The translations under genes were made by a program, and so were the position numbers. The notes under the pieces are model-generated. The model made no database searches and had not been told where the DNA came from. It saw only the letters and a program-made list of their open reading frames with translations. 64,000 nucleotides of DNA from Caldimonas sp. (lineage in GTDB: Bacteria; Pseudomonadota; Gammaproteobacteria; Burkholderiales; Burkholderiaceae_C). How positions within the stretch are numbered: the stretch's first letter is position 1; every line of letters starts with the position of its first letter. The DNA is taken from positions 2,434 through 66,433 of the forward strand of contig DASYKC010000161.1 of the NCBI GenBank assembly GCA_035995885.1. The letters are read 5' to 3'. Shown one piece after another: positions 39,300-48,947 of this stretch.

Positions 39300-41228
39300 A
39301 TGAACATGCCATCGCGTCAGCAGGCCAATCGTCCCAATCGATATCGGTTCACGGACGAGGAGTTCCTCGAGATCTATCGCAGGCCAGGTGCCCGCTACCT
39401 CGGCATCGCTTGCCTGTTCGGCGCCCTCGGAGCGCTTTCGTTCTATCTGATCGACGCCATCGGCATCGGACACCCGCTGATCGGCGGTATCCAAAGCATG
39501 CGCCTTGCGCTGGCCGGCGCCCTTTCCTCCCTTGCAACCTTCATTTGGTTTTCGCCGCGGCAGATCGCCAAGCACTACGCACCCATATTCGGCGGCTTCA
39601 CCAGCCTCGCCGTCGCGATCAGCGCGTATATCTCGTACCAAGGGCACTTGAAGGACCCACCGCTCGAGCTCCTCTACTCAGTGGACATGACCCTCGTCCT
39701 TTGCATCATCGTCATCTTCGGTTTCAGTCGACTTACGTCATTTTCCACGACGGTTCTGACGAGCAGTGTCGCTGTTGCAATGATTGGCTTTCTCTGGCTG
39801 CTCGAGGGCACAGATGCACGTCAACTCATGCGGATGACGACCCATCTCTCGATCATCACGGCCTGCTGCTTTTCGCTTCATCTCAGCATTCAGCGGCGCG
39901 AGTGGGAATTGTTTCTGCTTGCCAAGGAGAATCTGCGCCGAAACAAATACGCCGCCGAGCTCGAGCGCGCCAAGAGCGCGGCCGAGGACGCCGACGCTGC
40001 CAAGTCCCGGTTTCTCGCGAACATGAGTTACGAGATTCGAACACCGATGAATGGAGTCTTGCAAATACTCGACGTCGTAGGCGATCACGCAAAGGACGAC
40101 GATCGGCTACTCATAGAACAGGGCCGCAAGTCGGGTCATGCCCTGCTGCGAATCCTGAACAGCATCCTCGACTATTCCAAGCTGTCGCATGGAGCCGCGG
40201 GCGTCGAGATCTCCGCCGTCGACATCGCGGACGTCTGCCGCACCGTGCTGGATCTTCATGTCGCCGCGGCGACGACGAAGGGGATCGACCTGCGCTCGCA
40301 GTTGGACTTGCCTCCGGGCGGCGCGTCGCGGGTGCTTACCGATGAAGTCAAGCTGTTCGAGATCATCAACAACCTGCTGTCGAACGCCCTGAAGTTCACT
40401 CAGGTCGGATATGTCGATCTCAACGTCCAGCTCCTCCTTCCCGTTCCGGACAAGTTCCCGCACGCTGCCCTGGAGATCCGCGTTCGCGATTCCGGGCCGG
40501 GAATATCGACACTCGACCAGGCAAGGGTCTTCTTGCCCTTCTTCCAACGTGATGCCGCGCGCAACCCCCGTCACGGTGGCACCGGCTTGGGTCTGGCCAT
40601 CGTCAAGGAACTCGCGGAGAAGTTGCATGGTCGGGTTCGGGTGGAGAGCGAAGAAGGGCTCGGAAGCTTCTTCGAAGTTCGACTTCCGGTCACCCTGTCC
40701 GAGACCTCGAGTCACGCTGACGCGCGGTCCACGAGTCATCTGCCGGAAGCGGAGAGGGGGTTGACGAGGAGCTCGGAGGTCACGCAGAGCGAGTTCAGCG
40801 GTCGCTCCCTGCTGATCGTCGATGACAACGAGCTCAATGCCATGCTCGCATCGCGCCTGATGCAGGCAATGGGCTTTGAGGTCCAGCTCGCCGAGAACGG
40901 CGCTGTCGCCCTCGAGCTCTTCGCGAAGAAGCGCTTCGATCTCGTTCTGATGGACTGTCAGATGCCGGTGCTCGACGGGTACGAGGCGACCAAGCGAATT
41001 CGCGAGCTGGAAGCAAGGACCTCGACGCTGCGTACCCCAGTTATCGCCATCACTGCGTACACGCTGTCCGGCGACCGGGAGAAATGCCTCGCCTCCGGCA
41101 TGGACGACTATCTCGCCAAGCCCTATTCGGTTCAGGACCTTCGCCCGAAGCTCGACCGCTGGCTTGGACGGACTGTGTCTCCAACGGGACCGATCCGCAA
41201 CCCGGCAATCAGCAAACAAGCACTTTGA
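39300..41228 (+). CDS. Membrane-bound hybrid histidine kinase-like protein with Tyr replacing the H-box His
   Basis: About 6 TM segments; FLANMSYEIRTP, NLLSNALKFT, DSGPGI, GTGLGL; REC LMDCQMPVLDG. Confidence 0.9.
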   Translation: MNMPSRQQANRPNRYRFTDEEFLEIYRRPGARYLGIACLFGALGALSFYLIDAIGIGHPLIGGIQSMRLALAGALSSLATFIWFSPRQIAKHYAPIFGGFTSLAVAISAYISYQGHLKDPPLELLYSVDMTLVLCIIVIFGFSRLTSFSTTVLTSSVAVAMIGFLWLLEGTDARQLMRMTTHLSIITACCFSLHLSIQRREWELFLLAKENLRRNKYAAELERAKSAAEDADAAKSRFLANMSYEIRTPMNGVLQILDVVGDHAKDDDRLLIEQGRKSGHALLRILNSILDYSKLSHGAAGVEISAVDIADVCRTVLDLHVAAATTKGIDLRSQLDLPPGGASRVLTDEVKLFEIINNLLSNALKFTQVGYVDLNVQLLLPVPDKFPHAALEIRVRDSGPGISTLDQARVFLPFFQRDAARNPRHGGTGLGLAIVKELAEKLHGRVRVESEEGLGSFFEVRLPVTLSETSSHADARSTSHLPEAERGLTRSSEVTQSEFSGRSLLIVDDNELNAMLASRLMQAMGFEVQLAENGAVALELFAKKRFDLVLMDCQMPVLDGYEATKRIRELEARTSTLRTPVIAITAYTLSGDREKCLASGMDDYLAKPYSVQDLRPKLDRWLGRTVSPTGPIRNPAISKQAL

Positions 41229-41238
41229 GTGGCGACGC

Positions 41239-41898
41239 TCAGCGCTTGATATCCAGCTCGCCGTAGAGCCGCTCGACCAGGGCACGCAGGCGTTCGAGCT
41301 CGGTCTCCGCCATCGCCACCCTCGCCTTCAGCGTCGCCAGCTCGCTCACCGGCACGATCGTCTCGTCGTCGCTCGCCGCCGTGAACACGCTCAGGTCGAC
41401 TGGGCCGCCGAGGAGATGGGCCCAGCGCTGCTCGCGGGCGCCCGGGGCGCGCGGCAGCTTGAGCGCGAGCGGACCGCCCTTCTCTTGCGCGCGCGCCGCC
41501 AGCTCGTCGAGGAAGCCCTCGACCGCCGAGACGTCGGCGAAGCGATGCAGACGGTCGCTCGCCGCGCGCAGCTCCGACGCGGTCTGCGGGCCGCGCAGCA
41601 TCAGCGTCGCCAGCAAGGCGACCGACTGCGACGGCAAGCCCAGCACGCGGCCCAGGTTGTGCTCGTAGCGGGCGACGCGCGAGCCGCTCGACTCGAACGC
41701 GAGCGACAGCGACTTCAGGGCGTCGACCGCGCCCTGCACCTCGGCCTCGCTCGCCGCAAGCACCGGGTCGCGCGCCGTCTTCTGGTTGCAGCCGAGCGTG
41801 AGCGTGTTCAGCGACAGCGGATAGCTGTCGGGCACGGTCAGCGACTTCTCGACGAGCACGCCGAGCGCGCGCAATTCGAGCAACGACAGCGGCCGCAT
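41239..41898 (-). CDS. YceH/DUF480-family protein (alternative GTG at 41901)
   Basis: RALGVLVEK...PDSYPLSLN...CNQKTARDPV; LMLRGPQT; REQRWAHL. Confidence 0.85.
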   Translation of the reverse strand: MRPLSLLELRALGVLVEKSLTVPDSYPLSLNTLTLGCNQKTARDPVLAASEAEVQGAVDALKSLSLAFESSGSRVARYEHNLGRVLGLPSQSVALLATLMLRGPQTASELRAASDRLHRFADVSAVEGFLDELAARAQEKGGPLALKLPRAPGAREQRWAHLLGGPVDLSVFTAASDDETIVPVSELATLKARVAMAETELERLRALVERLYGELDIKR

Positions 41899-41996
41899 CA
41901 CGGCAAAGGGTCGCTCGCCCGGACGCCGCGCCGCGCCGAAACCGGCCGCGTCACCTCGCCGGGCAACGAACGCAGTGAGGCGCGGTCGAGCGCCAC
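41898..41996 (-). other. Intergenic 32-aa mini-ORF / repeat-like element (copy B)
   Basis: GTG overlaps the SDR TAG, and its TGA overlaps the yceH start; encodes VALDRASLRSLPGEVTRPVSARRGVRASDPLP. Confidence 0.5.
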
Positions 41997-42778
41997 TACA
42001 GCGCGAAGCCGTCGTCGGCCTGGATCACGGCGCCGTTGATGAAGTGGCTCTCGTTGGCGCAGAGCATCATCAGCACGACGTCGAGGTCGGCCGGGCTGCC
42101 GACGCGCCGGCGCGGCAGCATGTCGATCAGCTTCTTGCCCTGCTCGGTCGACCATTGCAGGTGGTTCATCTCGGTGTCGATGTAGCCCGGGCAGATCGCG
42201 TTGACGTTGATGCCGAAGCGGCCCCACTCGAGCGCCATGGCCCTGGTCATGTGGACGACCGCGGCCTTGCTCATGCAGTAGACGCCGATCTTCGGCATGA
42301 CCTTGAGGCCGGCCATCGAGGCGATGTTGACGATGCGGCCGCCGGTGAAGGTGCCCGGCGCCGCGCCCTTGGCGCGCGCGATCATCCGCTTGCCGACCTC
42401 CTGGGCGACGAAGAACGCGCCGCGCGTGTTGACGTCGAAGACGTAGTCGTAGTCGTCGGGGTCGACGTCCACGAGCGGCTGCGTCGTCGCCACGCCCGAG
42501 TTATTGACCAGGATGTCGATCGTCCCCATCTCCGTCTCGGTGTGGGCGACGGCCGAGCGGATGCTGTCGTGGTCGGTGACGTCGAGCGCAACGACATGCG
42601 CATCGCCGCCTTCGGCCTCGATCTCGGCGCGCAGGCTCTTCAGCCGCTCGACGCGCCGGCCCGCGAGCGCGACGCCGGCGCCGGCCTTGGCGAGAACGCG
42701 CGCGAACTGCGCGCCGAGACCGCCCGAGGCGCCGGTGACGAGGGCGACGCGGCCCGAGAGATCGATCTGATAGCTCAT
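41996..42778 (-). CDS. Short-chain dehydrogenase/reductase
   Basis: TGASGGLG, NNSG, NIAS, YCMSK, PGYIDT. Confidence 0.92.
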   Translation of the reverse strand: MSYQIDLSGRVALVTGASGGLGAQFARVLAKAGAGVALAGRRVERLKSLRAEIEAEGGDAHVVALDVTDHDSIRSAVAHTETEMGTIDILVNNSGVATTQPLVDVDPDDYDYVFDVNTRGAFFVAQEVGKRMIARAKGAAPGTFTGGRIVNIASMAGLKVMPKIGVYCMSKAAVVHMTRAMALEWGRFGINVNAICPGYIDTEMNHLQWSTEQGKKLIDMLPRRRVGSPADLDVVLMMLCANESHFINGAVIQADDGFAL

Positions 42779-42858
42779 GAATCGTGCAGCGACTGCGCTC
42801 CGTAGAATCGACCGCCAGTTTAGACGCGCGCCCGGCCGACAAGAAAAGCGAGACAGCG

Positions 42859-44541
42859 ATGACCCCTGACGAGATCCTCGCCCAGCACGGGCCGCGGGAA
42901 GCGATGGAATACGACGTCGCGATCGTCGGCGCCGGTCCGGCCGGCCTGGCGACCGCGATCCGCCTGAAGCAGCTCGCCGCCGAGCGCTCGCACGAGATCT
43001 CGGTCGTCGTTCTCGAGAAGGGCTCGGAGCCCGGCGCGCACATCCTCTCGGGCGCGATCATGGATCCGCGCGCGCTCACCGAACTGATCCCCGACTGGAA
43101 GGACAAGGGCGCGCCGCTGAACCAGCCGGTCACCGCCGACCGTTTCCTCTTCCTCACCGAGACCGGCGCGACGGCGACGCCGAACGCTCTCCTGCCCGAC
43201 TGCTTTCGCAACCACGGCAACTACGTCGTCAGCCTCGGCAACGTCGTGCGCTGGCTGGCGGCGCAGGCCGAAGCGCTCGGCGTCGAGATCTTTCCCGGCT
43301 TCCCCGCCGCCGAAGTGCTGTACGGCGAGGGCGGCGCCGTGCGCGGCGTCGCCACCGGCAACCTCGGCATCGGCAAGGACGGCCAGCCGACGGCGAGCTT
43401 CCAGCTCGGCATGGAGCTGCACGCCAAGTACACGATCTTCGCCGAGGGCTCGCGCGGCAGCCTCGGCCGCCAGCTGATCGATCGCTTCAAGCTCGACGCA
43501 GGCCGCGATCCGCAGAGCTACGCGATCGGCCTGAAGGAGCTCTGGGAAGTTCGCCCGGAGCAGGCCCGGCCCGGCCTCACCGTGCACACCGCCGGCTGGC
43601 CGCTCGACACCTCGACCTACGGCGGCTCATTCCTCTACCACCTCGACGGCAACCAGGTCGAGCTCGGCTTCGTCGTCGGTCTCGACTACGCCAATCCCTA
43701 CCTCAGCCCGTTCGAGGAATTCCAGCGCTGGAAGACGCACCCGGAGATCAGGAAGACGCTCGAAGGCGCCAAGCGCCTCGGCTACGGCGCGCGCTCGATC
43801 ACCGCCGGCGGCATCCTCAGCCTGCCGAAGACAGTGTTCCCGGGCGGTGCCTTCGTCGGGTGCGAAGCGGGCTACCTCAATGCGAGCCGGATCAAGGGCA
43901 GCCACGCCGCGATCAAGTCGGGGATGCTGGCCGCCGAGGCCGCCTGCGAGGCGCTGATCGCGGGCCGCCAGCACGACGAGCTCGCCGCCTATCCGGCCGC
44001 GTTCGAGAAGAGCTGGCTGCGCGCCGAGCTCGACAAGTCGCGCAACTTCAAGCAATGGTTCAAGAAGGGCTTCCTCGTCGCCTCGCTGATGACGGGGATC
44101 GAACAGTGGCTGCTGCCGCGCCTCGGCATCCAGGCGCCGCCCTGGACGATCCACCGCGCGAAGGCGGATCACCTCTACCTGCGCCCGGCGGCGGAGTGCA
44201 AGCCGATCGCCTATCCGAAGCCCGACAACGTGTTCACCTTCGATCGGCTGTCGAGCGTCTTCGTCAGCAACACCAACCATGCCGAGGACCAGCCGCCGCA
44301 TCTGACGCTGAAGGACCCGACCGTCCCGGTCAAGGTGAACCTCGCCAGGTACGCCGGCCCGGAAAGCCGCTACTGCCCGGCGGCGGTGTACGAGTTCGTC
44401 GACGACAACGGCACGGAGCGGCTGCAGATCAACGCGCAGAACTGCGTCCACTGCAAGACCTGCGACATCAAGGACCCGACCCAGAACATCGTCTGGGTCA
44501 CGCCCGAAGGCGGCGGCGGTCCCAACTACGTCGGCATGTGA
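42859..44541 (+). CDS. Electron transfer flavoprotein-ubiquinone oxidoreductase
   Basis: IVGAGPAGL, HILSGA, IKGSHAAIKSG; C-terminal CPAAVYE...NCVHCKTCDIKDP 4Fe-4S motif. Confidence 0.95.
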   Translation: MTPDEILAQHGPREAMEYDVAIVGAGPAGLATAIRLKQLAAERSHEISVVVLEKGSEPGAHILSGAIMDPRALTELIPDWKDKGAPLNQPVTADRFLFLTETGATATPNALLPDCFRNHGNYVVSLGNVVRWLAAQAEALGVEIFPGFPAAEVLYGEGGAVRGVATGNLGIGKDGQPTASFQLGMELHAKYTIFAEGSRGSLGRQLIDRFKLDAGRDPQSYAIGLKELWEVRPEQARPGLTVHTAGWPLDTSTYGGSFLYHLDGNQVELGFVVGLDYANPYLSPFEEFQRWKTHPEIRKTLEGAKRLGYGARSITAGGILSLPKTVFPGGAFVGCEAGYLNASRIKGSHAAIKSGMLAAEAACEALIAGRQHDELAAYPAAFEKSWLRAELDKSRNFKQWFKKGFLVASLMTGIEQWLLPRLGIQAPPWTIHRAKADHLYLRPAAECKPIAYPKPDNVFTFDRLSSVFVSNTNHAEDQPPHLTLKDPTVPVKVNLARYAGPESRYCPAAVYEFVDDNGTERLQINAQNCVHCKTCDIKDPTQNIVWVTPEGGGGPNYVGM

Positions 44542-44552
44542 AGGAACACGAG

Positions 44553-45500
44553 ATGGCTGAGACTGATCGGATCGAGGTGCTGACGGCAGCGCGGCTCTGG
44601 CCGCCGATGATGGAGGCGTTGCGCGGCGCGTTCCGCGTCCACGATCGCACGCACCAGAGCGACGCCGCCGCCTTCGCCACCGCCGCGCCGCGCATCCGCG
44701 CGATCGCCGCGAGCGGCGAATCGAAGGTGCCGCGCGAGCTGATCGCGCAGCTGCCGGCGCTCGAGATCGTCTCGGTGTTCGGCGTCGGCTACGACGGCGT
44801 CGACGTCGCCGCGGCGCGCGAGCGCGGCATCGCCGTCACCCACACGCCGAACGTCCTCAACGACGAGGTCGCCGACCTGGCGATCGCGCTCGTCCTCGCC
44901 GTCTCGCGCCGGCTGATCGAAGCCGACCGCTACGTGAGAAGCGGCGCCTGGGCGAACGGGCCGATGCCGCTGGCGCGCAAGGCGAGCGGCGCGCGCATGG
45001 GAATCGTCGGCCTCGGCCGCATCGGCATGGCGATCGCGAAGCGCGCCGAGGCGTTCGGCATGTCGATCGCGTACACCTCGCGCAACCCGAGGCCGGATTC
45101 CCCCTACCCTTACTTCGCAAACGCCGAGGCGCTGGCGCGCGAGGTCGATTTCCTCGTCGTCATCACGCCCGGCGGAGCCGGCACGAGGAAGCTGATCGAC
45201 GCCAAGGTGCTCGCCGCGCTCGGCAAGAAGGGCTATTTGATCAACGTCGCGCGCGGCTCGGTCGTCGACGAGCAGGCGCTGGTGAGCGCGCTCCGCGACG
45301 GCACGATCGCCGGCGCCGGCCTCGACGTCTTCGAGAGCGAGCCCCACGTGCCGAGCGAGCTGCTCGGCCTCGACAACGTCGTCCTCACGCCGCACGTCGG
45401 CAGCGCGACCTGGCAGACGCGCCAGGCGATGGCCGACCTTGCCTTTGCCAATCTGCAGGCGCACTTCGCCGGCAAGCCGCTGCTCTCGCCCGTGCCATGA
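44553..45500 (+). CDS. D-isomer-specific 2-hydroxyacid dehydrogenase
   Basis: FGVGYDGVD, GIVGLGRIG, INVARGSVVDE, LDVFESEP, PHVGS. Confidence 0.92.
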   Translation: MAETDRIEVLTAARLWPPMMEALRGAFRVHDRTHQSDAAAFATAAPRIRAIAASGESKVPRELIAQLPALEIVSVFGVGYDGVDVAAARERGIAVTHTPNVLNDEVADLAIALVLAVSRRLIEADRYVRSGAWANGPMPLARKASGARMGIVGLGRIGMAIAKRAEAFGMSIAYTSRNPRPDSPYPYFANAEALAREVDFLVVITPGGAGTRKLIDAKVLAALGKKGYLINVARGSVVDEQALVSALRDGTIAGAGLDVFESEPHVPSELLGLDNVVLTPHVGSATWQTRQAMADLAFANLQAHFAGKPLLSPVP

Positions 45501-46267
45501 GCAGCGCGCCCGGCTTCGATCTTTCCGGCAGGGTCGCCCTCGTCACCGGCGGCGGGTCGGGCCTCGGCCTGGCGATCGCGCGCGGCCTTGCCGCGGCCGG
45601 GGCGCGCGTCGTCCTCAACGGCCGCACTCGCGACAAGCTCGAAGCTGCCGCGGCGGCGTTGCGCGGCGACGGCCTTGCCGCCGAAGTGGCGTCGTTCGAC
45701 GTCGCCGATCCGGATGCGGTGCGGAGCGGCGTCGCCGCCGTGCAGGCGTCGATCGGGCCGGTCGACATCCTCGTCAACAACGCCGGCATCCAGCACCGCG
45801 CGCCGATCGTCGACTTCAGCGACGCCGACTGGCGTCGCCTGATGGCGATCAACCTCGACGCGCCGTTCTACATGGCGCGCGCCGTCATTCCGGCGATGCA
45901 GGCCAGGCGCGCCGGCAAGATCATCAACATCGCCTCGCTGATGTCGAGCCTGGCGCGGCCGACGACCGTGCCGTACCAGGTGAGCAAGGGCGGCATCGCC
46001 ATGCTGACGCGCGGCCTCGCGGTCGAACTGGCGCCGCACGACATCCAGGTCAACGCGATCGCGCCCGGGTTCTTTCGCACCGAGCTCAACGCGGCGCTCA
46101 TCGCCAACGCCGAGTTCACCGCCTGGGTCGAGCGGCGCACGCCGGCCGGGCGCTGGGCCGAGCCGCACGAGCTCGCCGGCGCGGCGGTCTTTCTCGCCTC
46201 GCCGGCGGCACGCTTCGTCACCGGCCAGGTCCTCTACGTCGACGGCGGCTTCACCGCCGGCATGTGA
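45497..46267 (+). CDS. SDR, gluconate 5-dehydrogenase-like
   Basis: TGGGSGLG, NNAGIQHR, YQVSKGGIAMLTR, PGFFRTELN, RTPAGRW; ATGA-coupled to upstream gene. Confidence 0.85.
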   Translation: MSSAPGFDLSGRVALVTGGGSGLGLAIARGLAAAGARVVLNGRTRDKLEAAAAALRGDGLAAEVASFDVADPDAVRSGVAAVQASIGPVDILVNNAGIQHRAPIVDFSDADWRRLMAINLDAPFYMARAVIPAMQARRAGKIINIASLMSSLARPTTVPYQVSKGGIAMLTRGLAVELAPHDIQVNAIAPGFFRTELNAALIANAEFTAWVERRTPAGRWAEPHELAGAAVFLASPAARFVTGQVLYVDGGFTAGM

Positions 46268-46285
46268 GGCCGGCCGCGGCCCGCG

Positions 46286-46741
46286 TCAGTCCTGCCCTTC
46301 GGTCAGGGCGTCGAGCTGGAAGCGGCCGTCCTTGTGGACGAGCCAGATCTCGGTGAACCTGACCGGGCCGGCGAAGCGGCTCGGCGCAGGCAGCGGGCCG
46401 GCGCGGCGGATCATCTCGATCACCGCGGCGCTCACGTCGGGGGCGTGGGAGGGGCCGCGAACGAGCTTGACTTCGCGCGGCTGGCCGCTCGCGTCGACGG
46501 TCGTCTCGACGACGACGACGCCGTGGATCAGCGGCGGCAGCCTGCCCTTGTAGATCCGCGACGCATACGACGCATAGATGTGGCGGGCCGCGTCGATCCG
46601 GTAGGCGCGCGCGTCGGCGGCAGTCGAGACCTTCTGCGACGCGATGCGCGTCGGCTCGGTCAGGTAGGCCACCTCGGTCGCCTGTGCGCCGAGGTGCGTT
46701 GCCAACACGACGGCACCGGCAGCGAGGTGAAGACGCTTCAT
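46286..46741 (-). CDS. Exported protein with TonB-C-like domain
   Basis: Signal peptide MKRLHLAAGAVVLATHLGAQA; VVVETTVDASG...AVIEMIRRAGPLP; similar to 19797-20312. Confidence 0.7.
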   Translation of the reverse strand: MKRLHLAAGAVVLATHLGAQATEVAYLTEPTRIASQKVSTAADARAYRIDAARHIYASYASRIYKGRLPPLIHGVVVVETTVDASGQPREVKLVRGPSHAPDVSAAVIEMIRRAGPLPAPSRFAGPVRFTEIWLVHKDGRFQLDALTEGQD

Positions 46742-46925
46742 GACGATCTCCGCGCGGCGTCGAAGCCGCAGAACCGAGCGGCTTTGTCGCCGTCATGGCG
46801 CAATCAGCCGATGGGTCCAGCGTAGGAGATCGCCTCGTCGTCGTGTCGGACCTGTCCTACCGGTCGACCGGCAGCCACCACGGAGCGTGGTGTCCGTCAC
46901 GATGTCAGGCGTAACCGGATCTGTC

Positions 46926-48008
<1,083 letters not shown>

Positions 48009-48018
48009 GGCGTCGCGC

Positions 48019-48870
48019 TCAGCTCTTCACGGCGCCGGCCGTGAGGCCCGACACCATGTAGCGCTTGAAGACGTAGTAGATCGCCGCCGGCGGCAGCGCA
48101 TAGATCAGGCCGGTTGTCATCAGCAGCTCCCAGGGCGAGTCGTCGGCCGAGAGGAAGCTGCCGAGGGCGACGCCGAGCGTCGTGCTCTTGTCGTCGGAGA
48201 GGAGCAGGAAGGCGTAGAGGTACTCGTTCCAGGCGAGCAGCAGCGCATAGGTGCCGACTGCGACCAGCGACGGCAGCATCAGCGGCAGGTAGACGAGGCG
48301 AAACAGCTGCAGCGGCGTCGCGCCGTCGATTCGCGCCGCCTCGTCGAGCTCGAGCGGCAGCTTGTCGGACGCCTGCTTCAGGACCCAGATCGAGTACGGC
48401 GTCGCGATCGTCACCATCGCCAGGATGAGCGCCCACTGGCTGTTGAGAAGCCCGTAGTTGCCCATCGTCTTGTACATGGGCACGGCGAGGAACGCGGCCG
48501 GGATGAAGTAGGTGAAGAGCGCCAGGTTCATGATCGTCCTGCCGCCCCTGACGCGGAGGCGACTGATCGCGAACGCCGCCGACGTGGCGATGAAGAGCGT
48601 GATCGCGCCCACGGCAACGGCGATCAGCACCGAGTTCCACATCTGCAGCCAGAAGTGGCTGAGGTAGTGGTGCTGCTGGTGGAAGACCATCGAGAAGTTA
48701 TGCAGCGTCGGGTGCTCGGGCCAGAGCTTGCCCGAGACCGCCTGCTCCTTCGGTGAGATCGCGAACAGCACGAGGTGGTAGATCGGCAGCAGCGTCCAGA
48801 TCGCGACCGGGATGCCGATCAGGAGCAGCTTCGCCTCGGCCGACGCCTTCTTCAGCGTCATGGCGCTCAT
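48019..48870 (-). CDS. Carbohydrate ABC transporter permease (MalG-like)
   Basis: [14 protein letters not shown] motif, [17 protein letters not shown]. Confidence 0.93.
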   Translation of the reverse strand: MSAMTLKKASAEAKLLLIGIPVAIWTLLPIYHLVLFAISPKEQAVSGKLWPEHPTLHNFSMVFHQQHHYLSHFWLQMWNSVLIAVAVGAITLFIATSAAFAISRLRVRGGRTIMNLALFTYFIPAAFLAVPMYKTMGNYGLLNSQWALILAMVTIATPYSIWVLKQASDKLPLELDEAARIDGATPLQLFRLVYLPLMLPSLVAVGTYALLLAWNEYLYAFLLLSDDKSTTLGVALGSFLSADDSPWELLMTTGLIYALPPAAIYYVFKRYMVSGLTAGAVKS

Positions 48871-48947
48871 GGCCGGGCGCCCGGCCGCCCCAGGCCCGGC
48901 GCCGGCCCCTCGCAAGGAAGCGACCGAAGAGAGCGTGGCGGCGTCAT
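48867..48947 (-). other. Intergenic 26-aa mini-ORF / repeat-like element (copy A)
   Basis: Bounded by ATGA at both ends; encodes [26 protein letters not shown]. Confidence 0.55.
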
